From positions 102,750-166,749 of IMG/VR virus record IMGVR_UViG_2833096052_000002: DNA of 64,000 nucleotides. The stretch is one strand, 5' to 3'. Made by a program: the position numbers and the translations under genes. The first letter of the stretch is position 1. Each line of letters starts with the position of its first letter. Positions 9,533 to 19,995 of the stretch are shown one piece after another. The stretch is from a virus (lineage: Duplodnaviria > Heunggongvirae > Uroviricota > Caudoviricetes). Below the pieces are notes generated by a model, which searched no databases, was not told the origin of the DNA, and saw only the letters and a program-made list of their open reading frames with translations.

Positions 9533-12091
9533 ATGGCTGGTATTAGCGTACCTCAATATGAGATTTTTAAAATTGGAACAAATAAACTAAAGTATTCTAA
9601 TTGGGATTTACAGATTACCAAAGAAGAGGCTTTCAAATATCAGGAACTCATATCACTGTTTGAAGCTCAAGAGTTCCGTATAATGGCAAATAAGATTTTA
9701 GAAAAACCTATTTGGAGTATTGATTTTTCAAAGATATTTATGCAGGTAGTTGTTGATAAAAAATCTGATTTTGCAAGAGTGACTTGTAAAAAAGGTGTTA
9801 CCATAAATGGTGTTAATTATAAACGCTTTGTTGGAACTACTGGGGGATTAAAAAACAATACTCTTCTCTTCTGCAATTCACAATACATTGACAAATTAAA
9901 TGAATTATGTGAATGTAAGAGAAATCCAGAAGCTAAATTAGTTCCTGCAAAATATGAAGCTTACAAAGCATTAACATGTTCTGCATCACAACCGATTTGT
10001 GATCCACATGGAATTTTGGTCGTAAAAGATTGTATTACACAATATTTTGCAGATGTTATATCACTCGATGATGGTGACGATTCAAAAGAACCAACAAGAG
10101 AAATTATTAAAGATAAAGCTCTTGAAAACAATGTATCTGACGGTTTTAATCTTTGTACTATACAATATATGCAGCGAGTAGCTGAATCTTTAGGTCTTGA
10201 TTATATTCCTGGTGGTGTGTGCTTGAGAAATGCATGGCTCAAAGGAATGCTCTATCCGTTCCCTATTTATGAATTTATTGAAAAATACAATAATGGTAAT
10301 TATATGATTGAAGATATTTGGGGAAATATACAAGATATTCGTCAATGTGAAATGATTATCACAGAGTCTTCTCTTAAATTATGGGGAGCGTATGATAATA
10401 TTGAGCAATATGTGAATGCGTATAAGGAATGTGGATACGAATTTTCTGTAACAAAAATTTCACCACATGTTCTTGAAGAACAGAGAGAATTGAATTACCA
10501 ATATCTCCAGTCTTATGAATTTACAGACGAAGATGTTGAGGAATTGTGCGCACCAACAATCAACTATTTAAAAGATGCTATGTGTGGCGACTACTCTTCT
10601 ACTGTTAAATTTCTTGGTATTAACGAAAATACTGATGTAAATTCATGGCAACGTGCTTTGTATACAAGCGAATATATGTTGGGAGATCCATATATAATCG
10701 ACTCTGTACATAGATATATCAAGAAAAAAATGAATGATGCGAAAATTGGTAAATTATTTGTAAAAGGTAACTATCAGATTGCAAGCGGTGATCCATTTGC
10801 TCTTATGCAATCTATTTGTGGTTTGAAAGTTACAGGTTTATTAAAAGCAAATGAATGTTATTCAAAATTTTGGATTGATAAAAATGAAGATGAAATTGTA
10901 CTCTTTAGAAGTCCAATGACAAGTCATAATAATATTCGAATGTGTAATATCAATAATTCGGATGAATGTCGGTATTGGTATCAATATATGAATACTATCA
11001 TGATTATAAACGGTTGGGATTCATTTTGTATGGCTGAGAATGGAGAAGACTGGGACTCGGATCTGAACTTTTCTACTAATAATCCTGTTATGAAAAGACG
11101 TTATAGATACCTACCTGCTATCGAATGTGTCCAACGAAATGCGGAAAAAATTGTTGTTACTGAAGTTGCCGTTAAAAAGACAAATAAAGCAGGTATGGGA
11201 AATCAAGTTGGAACAATCACTAATTATGTCACATCTATGATGGAAGTTCAATCTCATTTCGAGAAAGATTCACTTGAATATAAAGAATTAGAATATAGAA
11301 TAGAATGTGGTCAGCTCTATCAACAAAATGAGTTGGACAAAATTAAGGGCATCATTGCAAAACCAATGGAAAGCAGTTGGTACAATTTAGGTGCTTGCGG
11401 AGAGAATAAATATTTGCAATCGCTTTGCGCATACAGAAAGCCCTACTTTATGATTTATGTTTACGATGAAACAAAAAGACAGTACAAGCAATACATTAAA
11501 GAAAGTAATGCTAAATGCTATGCTATCTATAAATGTTCTATCGAGGATTTGTATAACAAAGATAGTCTTACAAAAGAACAAGAAGATTTTCTATTTTGGT
11601 ACGAAAGAAAAATGCCAGTTGGTACAGGAAATTGTTCTATGAACCAGATTTGCAAATATGTTGAAAGTCAGTTAGACGGATATAAGTCTCAGCTACATAA
11701 AGACTCTTCATTTGATTATAATATACTAAAAGTAAAAAGACGTTGTACTGAAGAACATAGACAAGCTCTGCGAGAACTTGAACAATATTATTGTGAATGC
11801 ATTAAAGAATATAAAAAGAAACAGGGAAAAGAAAAAGGAATACAGCTAAATAGAACTGATATCTTTGATAAACAGGATGAATTCGACAAATATTATCAAC
11901 GTGCAAGTATGGTTGAACTGTTTAAGAAGAAAGCCGAAGAAATATGTCCAAACGATGATGAACGTATGAACATCATTCTTGATATGACTTATGGATATAA
12001 AGGTAATAGACAGTTTTGTTGGGATTGTATTGGAGAACTAATTATTAAACGTTTAGAAGAAATGGAGGAAGAAGTTGTATATACTGAATGA
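9533..12091 (+). CDS. yonO: YonO-like single-subunit DNA-dependent RNA polymerase (two-barrel, RdRP-like family)
   Basis: 852 aa; LFRSP..SHNNI motif followed by the metal-binding loop GEDWDSD (DxDxD); position upstream of the morphogenesis genes as in SPbeta. Confidence 0.85.
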   Translation: MAGISVPQYEIFKIGTNKLKYSNWDLQITKEEAFKYQELISLFEAQEFRIMANKILEKPIWSIDFSKIFMQVVVDKKSDFARVTCKKGVTINGVNYKRFVGTTGGLKNNTLLFCNSQYIDKLNELCECKRNPEAKLVPAKYEAYKALTCSASQPICDPHGILVVKDCITQYFADVISLDDGDDSKEPTREIIKDKALENNVSDGFNLCTIQYMQRVAESLGLDYIPGGVCLRNAWLKGMLYPFPIYEFIEKYNNGNYMIEDIWGNIQDIRQCEMIITESSLKLWGAYDNIEQYVNAYKECGYEFSVTKISPHVLEEQRELNYQYLQSYEFTDEDVEELCAPTINYLKDAMCGDYSSTVKFLGINENTDVNSWQRALYTSEYMLGDPYIIDSVHRYIKKKMNDAKIGKLFVKGNYQIASGDPFALMQSICGLKVTGLLKANECYSKFWIDKNEDEIVLFRSPMTSHNNIRMCNINNSDECRYWYQYMNTIMIINGWDSFCMAENGEDWDSDLNFSTNNPVMKRRYRYLPAIECVQRNAEKIVVTEVAVKKTNKAGMGNQVGTITNYVTSMMEVQSHFEKDSLEYKELEYRIECGQLYQQNELDKIKGIIAKPMESSWYNLGACGENKYLQSLCAYRKPYFMIYVYDETKRQYKQYIKESNAKCYAIYKCSIEDLYNKDSLTKEQEDFLFWYERKMPVGTGNCSMNQICKYVESQLDGYKSQLHKDSSFDYNILKVKRRCTEEHRQALRELEQYYCECIKEYKKKQGKEKGIQLNRTDIFDKQDEFDKYYQRASMVELFKKKAEEICPNDDERMNIILDMTYGYKGNRQFCWDCIGELIIKRLEEMEEEVVYTE

Positions 12092-12860
12092 AAAAGAATA
12101 TATTAGAGAGATATTAGTGTCTGGTAATAAACCAGACAATATCTCGAATGGATATCTGATAACATTGATTGCTAAGTATTATTTTGATAGAGGTAAAGAT
12201 CCAAATATTCTAATTGATACAGTCAAAGCAAAGATGCTTGAATTTAATATTGAAGGATATCAAGAATATAGATATGCCAATAAAATCAAAAAAACATGTA
12301 TTGATTTATATGATTCAGAATCAAAAAATCTCTTTAGGGAACTTGAGTATGTTCCTATCTATGAAAAAGAATTAAAAGTCGTGGAATCTCTTCCAAATGA
12401 TCGCCAAAAGAAATTTATGTTTACATTATTTGCTATTGCAAGATATATGAATAGCGAAGGATGGATAAATAAAAAAGACTCAAGAGGTCTTTCAGAAGTA
12501 TTTAAACTTGCCAATGTTACTCTCTCATCTGATAAAAGGAATGAATTGTTACATGAGTTATATAGTAATGGCTATATTCATTTTGGGAAAAAGGTGAATA
12601 ATCTTAATATCAAAATAGATTTAGGAGACACTGATGATGATGTTGCTTATAAAGTAACTCAATTTGAAAATATTGGTAATCAGTACATAGGAAATTTTAA
12701 AAAGGGATATAAACAGTGTGCAAATGGATGTGGAAGAAAAATCAAGATAAAAGGTACAAATGATAAGTATTGTAAGTATTGTGCAAGAGAAAAACAACTC
12801 GAATGGCAAAGGAATAGTATGAGGAAATCAAGAGAAACCTCAATGTGTGAAGTTTCTTAA
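12075..12860 (+). CDS. Hypothetical protein with C-terminal Zn finger, coupled to the RNAP gene
   Basis: Overlaps the RNAP stop; CANGCG...KYCKYC. Confidence 0.7.
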   Translation: MYILNEKEYIREILVSGNKPDNISNGYLITLIAKYYFDRGKDPNILIDTVKAKMLEFNIEGYQEYRYANKIKKTCIDLYDSESKNLFRELEYVPIYEKELKVVESLPNDRQKKFMFTLFAIARYMNSEGWINKKDSRGLSEVFKLANVTLSSDKRNELLHELYSNGYIHFGKKVNNLNIKIDLGDTDDDVAYKVTQFENIGNQYIGNFKKGYKQCANGCGRKIKIKGTNDKYCKYCAREKQLEWQRNSMRKSRETSMCEVS

Positions 12861-13191
12861 ACCTCTGAAAACACTTGATTTATAAGGCCTTTTGGCACAT
12901 TTTCACAAAAAATTCATTTTTCTTAAATGTAGATATAGTGAAATATTCACAAAAAACATGATACAAAAACGATTGTCATGGAAGAAACAAACCGACAATC
13001 TTTGTATATCTGCTCTGCTGCTCTTTTGAGTAGCATTGCAGATTTAGAATGAAATCAGCTTTTCTTGGCTGATAAAACAGAGAATAATAAAATGTAAACA
13101 TCAAGTACATATTCATTGTACCTTACCTTCTATAATCGGTGACTGTACTACAGTTCTTATAGTATGGTCACTGATAATTCTTAAATATTAT

Positions 13192-13265
13192 AGCGGAGTG
13201 ACGAGCAATGGAAGCTCACTTGGCTCATAACCAAGAGTATGCAGGTTCGAGTCCTGTTTCCGCAA
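13192..13265 (+). tRNA. tRNA-Met(CAT)
   Basis: Anticodon arm CTTGG-CTCATAA-CCAAG, T-arm GCAGG-TTCGAGT-CCTGT, unpaired 1:72; CCA not encoded. Confidence 0.85.
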
Positions 13266-13274
13266 CTCTCCTAC

Positions 13275-14122
13275 TTGTAGGCGGCAGGTTTCGTGTCGTT
13301 AAATAAACTTAGCAATAAGGATAAAGCAGGAATGTCTTTAGTTTGCATAAGACACTGCGACTGCATATAGCAGTTTGACGGAAAACACAGATAATCTATG
13401 CCAAACCTAAAATCAGAGGGCTACTGCTAATGATATGGTTTGGTAGGGGCGATGAAAAACGCTCTGTATTAACATGGAAACATGGATATGATTACTGTCT
13501 TATTGGTGCGATTTCCGCAAGAAAAAGTGCTGATATTGATTGTTGCAACGTTTCTTAATGCGAAAGCAAGGAACAGAACAATGAAGTAAGTCGATAGCAA
13601 GACGAACAGAATGGTGACGATTGGGCTGTACTCAAAAGGTACGGATGGTCAAATGTACACCTCATCGTTCATTTTTATGCAAATATTAATCGAAACATAC
13701 TTTTGAAGAAGAAAATATAATGATATTTGAAGAAGAAAATATAATGATATTTATTAAAAATTATTGAAAGGTAAATTGATTAAGAACAAGCAAAAGTGTG
13801 TATGACCGCAAAGAGACAAACAACTTATTCATCTGTAATATGGTGACATATAGCACTCGCAAGGTACTATATGAGAAAATACGAGTAGACGCAACCGTAA
13901 GAGATTTGCACTCTCTGAACCTCGCAAGGAACGATGTATTGAAAGGAAATCTATAATGCTTTGTGGTAAGAGTTTGCCAATTTTTGCAAAATTGGTGTTG
14001 TTGTTACCTACAGCCTAATCGACTGTGTGATAAATTGTGTCCAACCACAATAGATGGTAATGTATTAGGTCAAATATCTCAGCCTAAAGAAATAAAGTCT
14101 CATACTTCGGTATGGGTTTTTT
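13275..14122 (+). ncRNA. Candidate large structured ncRNA (GOLLD/ROOL-like size and context)
   Basis: About 850 nt without a credible ORF between two tRNAs; GNRA hairpins (CATG-GAAA-CATG 13473, TGC-GAAA-GCA 13559), GCCAAACC/GGTTTGGT stem; ends in CTCATAC-TTCG-GTATGGG-T6. Confidence 0.55.
13702..13752 (+). repeat. Perfect 24-bp tandem duplication
   Basis: TTTGAAGAAGAAAATATAATGATA x2. Confidence 0.9.
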
Positions 14123-14127
14123 ATTTT

Positions 14128-14202
14128 GAGTGTGTAGCTCAGTTTGGCAGAGCACTCGACTTTTAATCGAGTTGTCGATGGGTTCAAATCCCTCCACACT
14201 CA
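14128..14202 (+). tRNA. tRNA-Lys(TTT)
   Basis: GAGTGTG/CACACTC acceptor, CTCGA-CTTTTAA-TCGAG anticodon arm, TTCAAAT T-loop. Confidence 0.9.
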
Positions 14203-14410
14203 CTCTCTTCTGCTATTCAGCAGGAAATAAATCAAGAAAGAAGTGAAAATTATTAAGTACATTTCAAAAAATGAAATTGAAAAATTATTATCTGAAGGTG
14301 TAATTAGAAACACAAGACGAGGATATGTAGATCGCAGAGGCGAGCATATTGGATATTACAAGACTTGTGGTGGAAAGCGTTACATTGAAGATAAATATGT
14401 CAAGTAGGTT

Positions 14411-14728
14411 TTGCTTATGAAAAATCGAATTGAATATAAAGGATTTTATATTGACAAGACTGAAAATGGCTATCGTATCTGTAGACAAGAAGATACAGAA
14501 AAACATACTCATCTCTTAAATCTTAATCCATCGTATAAGCTTATAGACAATGTGTTGTCAAATAAAATTCCTACTTGTTGTGGATGTTATTATTTGGAGT
14601 CACATGCTAGATTAAGCTATGATGAAAATTATATTAGGAAGATTCGTGAGTATATCAAAGTGAAACAGAATAAAAGTAAACAAATGTATTACAATCCTAG
14701 CAGAAAACGTTCTGGTGGGAATTTTTAA
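14411..14728 (+). CDS. Hypothetical protein
   Basis: 105-aa ORF. Confidence 0.6.
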   Translation: MLMKNRIEYKGFYIDKTENGYRICRQEDTEKHTHLLNLNPSYKLIDNVLSNKIPTCCGCYYLESHARLSYDENYIRKIREYIKVKQNKSKQMYYNPSRKRSGGNF

Positions 14729-14749
14729 TTTTATGGAGGAAAAGGAATT

Positions 14750-14977
14750 ATGGCAGCTAGTAAATTAAAATTTACAAGAACAACTACAGATAAATTAACA
14801 GTAAAGGCAGGTACGCTCTCAGAGGATTGTACTACTATTACATATACTGATGAGAATGATATGGAGCAGGAGGTAAAAGTAGCTGATCTGCTTACCTCAT
14901 TTAAGAATCAGGTAATTGATTTTACTGTTGCATTAAAAACAGATGAGGAGCTGGATGTTCCGTCTGATGAAGAGTAA
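14750..14977 (+). CDS. YonK-like small acidic protein
   Basis: Size, acidic C-terminus and position directly before the phosphoesterase, as in SPbeta. Confidence 0.55.
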   Translation: MAASKLKFTRTTTDKLTVKAGTLSEDCTTITYTDENDMEQEVKVADLLTSFKNQVIDFTVALKTDEELDVPSDEE

Positions 14978-14987
14978 TAGAGAGTAG

Positions 14988-15968
14988 GTGGACATTATAA
15001 TCGACTTACATAGATTAGAAAATGAAACAGATTTTGAATGGAAATTGAGATGTTGTCTTGCAAAAAAGCGCAAGGAAACAGATATGGATTGGATTGAGAT
15101 TCGAGATATGCTTGGATTGAACATTACACCAGATCAGCTTAGAAAACAGGCTGTTGGATATGAAGAGTATGATAATTATATTCATGGCTATCAGGGTGTA
15201 GCCACTACTATCCTATCTGTGTCAGATTTACATGTTCCATTTCAGTTACCATATGAGTTACTGAAAGATTATCGTGGAGTTGATATCTTACAAATTAATG
15301 GAGATGTTGTAGATTGTCAAGCATTATCGAAATTTTCAAAACAGTATAGAATTTCACCAATGGAAGAAATGATTCAAGGTAGACAATATCTTATTGATTT
15401 AATTGAGTATATTCGTCCTAAGAAAGTAGTATGTAATTATGGCAATCACGACAAGCGATTTGCTAATTATTTTGCAAAGAATTTAGATACTGACATCTTG
15501 GAGCTTATGCCTGATACATCTTTGGAACTTATTTTTGTAGATGGATTTAAACACTATGACAAACGCAGTAAATCAAAGATTTGGTATGAATCACTTGTAA
15601 ATATTTTTGATGATATTGATATTCAGTATATTGATGACTGGAAATGTAAGATTGGTAAAACTTGGTTTGTTCATCCATTAGCATATAGGCAAGGGATGCT
15701 TGCTACTGCTGATAAGGCAAAAGATTATCTACAGGATACTGATAAAGAAGGATTTGATTGCGTTACGATGGCACATACTCATATGATTGGTGATTCAAAA
15801 CGTGGATATGTGAGACTTCTTGAACAGGGAGCTTTTGCAAATGTAGATAAGATGAATTACATGGATGGTAGATTAACAAAGCCACAGAAAGAAGGTTTCG
15901 CTGTTATCTGTCAAGATAAAGACGGTAATTTGATAGATGCTAAGACGAAAGTTATATCATTAAATTAA
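14988..15968 (+). CDS. Calcineurin-like metallophosphoesterase with N-terminal helical domain
   Basis: Motifs SDLH, GDVVD, GNHD, AHTH. Confidence 0.88.
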   Translation: MDIIIDLHRLENETDFEWKLRCCLAKKRKETDMDWIEIRDMLGLNITPDQLRKQAVGYEEYDNYIHGYQGVATTILSVSDLHVPFQLPYELLKDYRGVDILQINGDVVDCQALSKFSKQYRISPMEEMIQGRQYLIDLIEYIRPKKVVCNYGNHDKRFANYFAKNLDTDILELMPDTSLELIFVDGFKHYDKRSKSKIWYESLVNIFDDIDIQYIDDWKCKIGKTWFVHPLAYRQGMLATADKAKDYLQDTDKEGFDCVTMAHTHMIGDSKRGYVRLLEQGAFANVDKMNYMDGRLTKPQKEGFAVICQDKDGNLIDAKTKVISLN

Positions 15969-16252
15969 ATAACAATTGTAGTCCACTGTTCGGTTCAGTT
16001 TGGAGTAATTGTGAAAGCAGATATTCACAGCTATAATTAATATACGACTAATATATTATTCATTTTTGTTTATTTTAACATTTTTAGATAATATATTAGT
16101 CTTTTTGGTTAATGAAACCACTATCAGAGTGAGTGTACCTTATATGGACGCTACCCTCTTATTATTTTGGCAATAAATTAAGATATTGCCGAAAAATATA
16201 AAACAAAACACTCGAAAAAATATAAACGAAGATTAAAAGGAGAAAATTTAAA

Positions 16253-16534
16253 ATGAACAAGACAGATTTAATAAAAAATGTAAGTACACAGATTGATGGA
16301 GCTACACAGAAAGATGTTGCTGTTATTGTAGACACAGTACTTGAGACAATTGTTAATACAGTTGCTTCTGGTGAGAAGGTATCTCTTGCAGGATTTGGTA
16401 ATTTTGAGGTTGCTGAGAGAGCTGCAAGAACAGGTAGAAATCCAAAAACAGGCGAGCCATTAGAGATTGCAGCTTCTAAGAGTCCAAAGTTCCATGCATT
16501 AACTGGTTTTAAGAATGCAGTTAAGAATGCTTAA
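16253..16534 (+). CDS. hup: HU family DNA-binding protein
   Basis: MNKTDLI...VSLAGFGNFEVAERAARTGRNPKTGE. Confidence 0.95.
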   Translation: MNKTDLIKNVSTQIDGATQKDVAVIVDTVLETIVNTVASGEKVSLAGFGNFEVAERAARTGRNPKTGEPLEIAASKSPKFHALTGFKNAVKNA

Positions 16535-16545
16535 TCTGAAGGGAT

Positions 16546-17145
16546 GTGAATTGTTTGAAGAAAAATAAATATGAAGACATTCAGATGATTGATCTTGAGG
16601 ATAAAGTTGATGATATCACTGATATTTTTATCAATCGCTTATATCATACAGACAAAACCGTTGGTGTAGTTGTCAATAAGGAAATTGCTGAATATATTCT
16701 TGATGAACTCGTGAAAATTGACGAGACAAGCATTAAAGAAGTTGACCTTGTTGATTATATGAATATAGACGAATATTTAGTATCTGTCGATGATGATGGC
16801 GTAATCACTGTTGTTCCTATTGAGGACTTTTGTGTTCTTGATAATACAGACATTTTTTATATTGATATGGATGGTGATATTAAACAGGATGTCATTGATT
16901 ATTGTGTAAATGAGGATAAGGAAGTTATTCTGTTTGGACAGGAAGATGACTGCGATGGTGATTGTAAGAACTGTCCTGCGCATGATGAGACTTACTTACA
17001 TACTTCTAAAGACGAAGATGGAAATGCTCACGGATTTACTGCTAGTAGGTCAGATGGCGACTCTTATATGAGTTATTCTTACTACTCTAGCGATGAGTTA
17101 AGTCATGAAGATATTCAGAAGATGTTAAAGGCTTTTGGATTTTAA
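16546..17145 (+). CDS. Acidic hypothetical protein
   Basis: 199-aa ORF directly after hup. Confidence 0.7.
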   Translation: MNCLKKNKYEDIQMIDLEDKVDDITDIFINRLYHTDKTVGVVVNKEIAEYILDELVKIDETSIKEVDLVDYMNIDEYLVSVDDDGVITVVPIEDFCVLDNTDIFYIDMDGDIKQDVIDYCVNEDKEVILFGQEDDCDGDCKNCPAHDETYLHTSKDEDGNAHGFTASRSDGDSYMSYSYYSSDELSHEDIQKMLKAFGF

Positions 17146-17193
17146 TATTTGATTTTTAGAGTGTGTGGTTAAGGCTGCACACTCTTTTTGTAT

Positions 17194-17277
17194 GGGTGGA
17201 TATGCCTAGAGGCGAGGGCAAGAGACTGTAAATCTCCCACATGAGAAACACCGTAGGTTCGACTCCTACTCCACCCA
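17194..17277 (+). tRNA. tRNA-Tyr(GTA)
   Basis: GGGTGGA/TCCACCC acceptor, CTGTAAA anticodon loop, long variable arm, TTCGACT T-loop. Confidence 0.88.
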
Positions 17278-17521
17278 CTATTGCCAGAAAGAGAAATCTT
17301 TCTCCTATTAAGGATATCCATATAAGGAGCGTATGGCGGTGAGTTGACATCGTTAACAACTTGCGTGAACCTCAAGAGTGGTCAAGAGTGATAAAAACTC
17401 TCAAAAAAGTGTAAGGCTTTTGTATAATGGGCAAGCATTTAAAATCAATTATTTCTGTTGAGAAACAGAGAATAAATATATGTGCTCATGATTGGTGTCA
17501 TAGCTGATTGTGGGATTTATG

Positions 17522-17625
17522 GAACAGTAGGTACTTGGAGTAGCTACCAAGTATATGAGGCAACCTACACACCTCTTCTACTGTTCTATTTTTATTGTAT
17601 GTGTAGGGGAAAGTGTAGGAAAATT
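17522..17625 (+). promoter_or_regulatory. Structured 5' leader (three-way junction plus pseudoknot/anti-RBS doublet), copy 1
   Basis: GAACAGTAG/CTACTGTTC outer stem; loop CCTACAC complementary to GTGTAGG x2 just before the ATG. Confidence 0.55.
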
Positions 17626-18909
17626 ATGGGAACAAGAATGTTAAAGGTTGGAGATAAAGAAGTCCAATCTACTAAAGTAACTTATGACGATTTGGTTATT
17701 TTGTATAATCAATTTATTGATACTTATGGTGAAGTGCCAGTATATTCAAAATGTGACTCAAAACATAATATGCCACAAGGCAGAATTATAACTCGTGTAT
17801 TAAAAGAAAATAGTATCACCTATAATGATTTCTTGTTACAGTTTGGTAAGGTATCTCACGTAAGGACAGAAAGTAAAGATTATGATTTATATGTCAAAAG
17901 ATTTAAAGAAGTAAGTGATAATATTGGTCATGCTTTATGCGGAAATGAGTTAATGAATAATAAATATGGTTTACCAAATCCAATTTGGTTCGTAAAATAT
18001 TGTCCAGATAAAAATGTGAAAAAATATGATGATTTCGTGCGTTGGTGTGGTTATGAAAGCAATAAGCTCAAAAAAGAAAAAGAAGATATTGCGAATGCAC
18101 TTATAAATCTTGAGAAAGAATTAGGCAGACCAATTTTGCGAGAAGATATTTCACTTGAGAAAATTGGTTTTTCAATGATTGTATTAGTAAGAATGTTTGG
18201 TGGTCTTAATAAAGCTAAAGAAGAAATTGGTCTTATGCCTACACCAACAGATAAACCTCTTTATCCATTTGAATATTATAGGAATACTATTACAGAGGCA
18301 TTAAATAATCTATATGAAAAAACTGGTAGAAAATTTCTTACATGGCAAGATTTAGAAAGTGGTTTATATCATAAAAACAATATTGAACATAAATCAATGA
18401 CAAAAGCATTTAAGCGTGAAGGTTTAAATGTATTTGCTTATATTAAAAGCTTTGGATTTGAAATGAATCCAAATAATTTTAGTTTTAAATACACGTTTGA
18501 TGATGGTGAACGTGCTGTATCAACTATGGAATTTGATTTTTCTACACATATACGTTCTCTTGGATATGAATATAACAAATCATATTTTAGAGATGTAATG
18601 TATAAGACTTTTACAAATAGTGACAAGAAACGAAAAACAAATTGTGATTACTGTATGCTTTTGCCTAATGGTAAAAAGTTATATGTTGAAATTGCAGGTG
18701 TTATACCTAACGACACGGCAGATTGGAGACATTATGAATACAAGTACAAACGTCATCAAGAGTATCAACAGAAAATGTTATACAAAGAAAAAATACTTAT
18801 AGAGAACAAATGTAATTATCTATTTCTGTTTTCATCTGAAATGAAAAACGGAAGTTATAAAGAAATATTGCAAAATAAAATAAATGAGATTTTACAAGAA
18901 GTAGCTTAG
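17626..18909 (+). CDS. Homing-endonuclease-like protein (repeated helical domains plus C-terminal PD-(D/E)xK-like nuclease)
   Basis: Repeats such as FGGLNKAKEEIGL; C-terminal CDY...LYVEIAG; start moved from 17482 to the ATG after the leader. Confidence 0.55.
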   Translation: MGTRMLKVGDKEVQSTKVTYDDLVILYNQFIDTYGEVPVYSKCDSKHNMPQGRIITRVLKENSITYNDFLLQFGKVSHVRTESKDYDLYVKRFKEVSDNIGHALCGNELMNNKYGLPNPIWFVKYCPDKNVKKYDDFVRWCGYESNKLKKEKEDIANALINLEKELGRPILREDISLEKIGFSMIVLVRMFGGLNKAKEEIGLMPTPTDKPLYPFEYYRNTITEALNNLYEKTGRKFLTWQDLESGLYHKNNIEHKSMTKAFKREGLNVFAYIKSFGFEMNPNNFSFKYTFDDGERAVSTMEFDFSTHIRSLGYEYNKSYFRDVMYKTFTNSDKKRKTNCDYCMLLPNGKKLYVEIAGVIPNDTADWRHYEYKYKRHQEYQQKMLYKEKILIENKCNYLFLFSSEMKNGSYKEILQNKINEILQEVA

Positions 18910-18956
18910 CTTACCACTACTCTACTTCTTTTTATTATACGAAAGGAAGTGATTTA

Positions 18957-19973
18957 GTGGCACATGTAACAAGGGTAAAATATTTTACCAAGGATAAGGA
19001 GAAATTTATAAATCCTGATAACTTGAAGAAATATAAGAAGTATCTCCAATCAAATATTATAAAAAATCAGGATGTTAAAGATACTACATATAAAAGATAT
19101 GAAGGATTGTTTCGTCATTTCCTTATGTGGTTAGGTGAAAATTATGGAGATTTAGATTTGTATTCAGATGAGTTTATGGAAGATGCTGTTGATATTATGG
19201 AGAACTATATTATGTTCTGCCAAGAAACACTTCTGAATCATAAAAAGATTATTAACATGAAAATTTCTGCCGTTAGCTCATTCTATATTTGGTCTATGAA
19301 ACGTGGTTTTGTAAAATATCATCCTTTTGATGGAAAACTCGATAGAATGAAGAAAGCTAATGAGGAACATATTTTAAATTCGTATTTCCTTACAGAAGAA
19401 CAAGTTCAAACAATCCGTAGAGAGTTATCTGAAAATGATAAGTATTCAATTCAAGATCAGATTTTATTTGAGGTAAGCTTCGATTCTGCCAATAGAATTG
19501 GCGCATTGTTAAGATTGCAGTTATCCAAACTTGATTTAGAACATAACATGTTTATTGATATAAGAGAAAAGGAAGGATACCGTACACAGGTAGTTTTTGG
19601 TGATGTTGCAAAAGAACTTATTCAAGAGTGGCTTGAAATGAGAAAGAATGATTATGACCATTTGGAATGTGATTCATTGTTAATTACAAAATACAATGGA
19701 GAATATAAACCTATGGGTGATAGCGCAATCAGAGATAGAATGAAGAAATATGGTGAAATAATTGGAATTTCTGACTATAGACCTCATTGCCAACGAAAAT
19801 CTCGTCTAAATTTGGTTTATGAAGAGACTGGCGATTTAGCATTAGCAGCCGAGCTTGCCAACCACAAATCGACAGAAACAACCCGTTCCTTCTATTGTAA
19901 ACCTAAAACTAAGGCAGAAGTTATGGAAAAAATCAATGCTTTAAAAGAGAAAAATGAGGCAGAAAGTAAATAA
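18957..19973 (+). CDS. Tyrosine recombinase (XerC/D-like)
   Basis: Catalytic R (SANRIG), HxxR (HCQR), H (LANH) and Y (RSFY). Confidence 0.9.
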   Translation: MAHVTRVKYFTKDKEKFINPDNLKKYKKYLQSNIIKNQDVKDTTYKRYEGLFRHFLMWLGENYGDLDLYSDEFMEDAVDIMENYIMFCQETLLNHKKIINMKISAVSSFYIWSMKRGFVKYHPFDGKLDRMKKANEEHILNSYFLTEEQVQTIRRELSENDKYSIQDQILFEVSFDSANRIGALLRLQLSKLDLEHNMFIDIREKEGYRTQVVFGDVAKELIQEWLEMRKNDYDHLECDSLLITKYNGEYKPMGDSAIRDRMKKYGEIIGISDYRPHCQRKSRLNLVYEETGDLALAAELANHKSTETTRSFYCKPKTKAEVMEKINALKEKNEAESK

Positions 19974-19995
19974 ATCTGAAAAACTTACTATATAC

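Noticed and set aside
17482-17625. N-terminal extension of the 475-aa ORF
   Set aside because: Overlaps the structured leader; ATG 17626 has the better context
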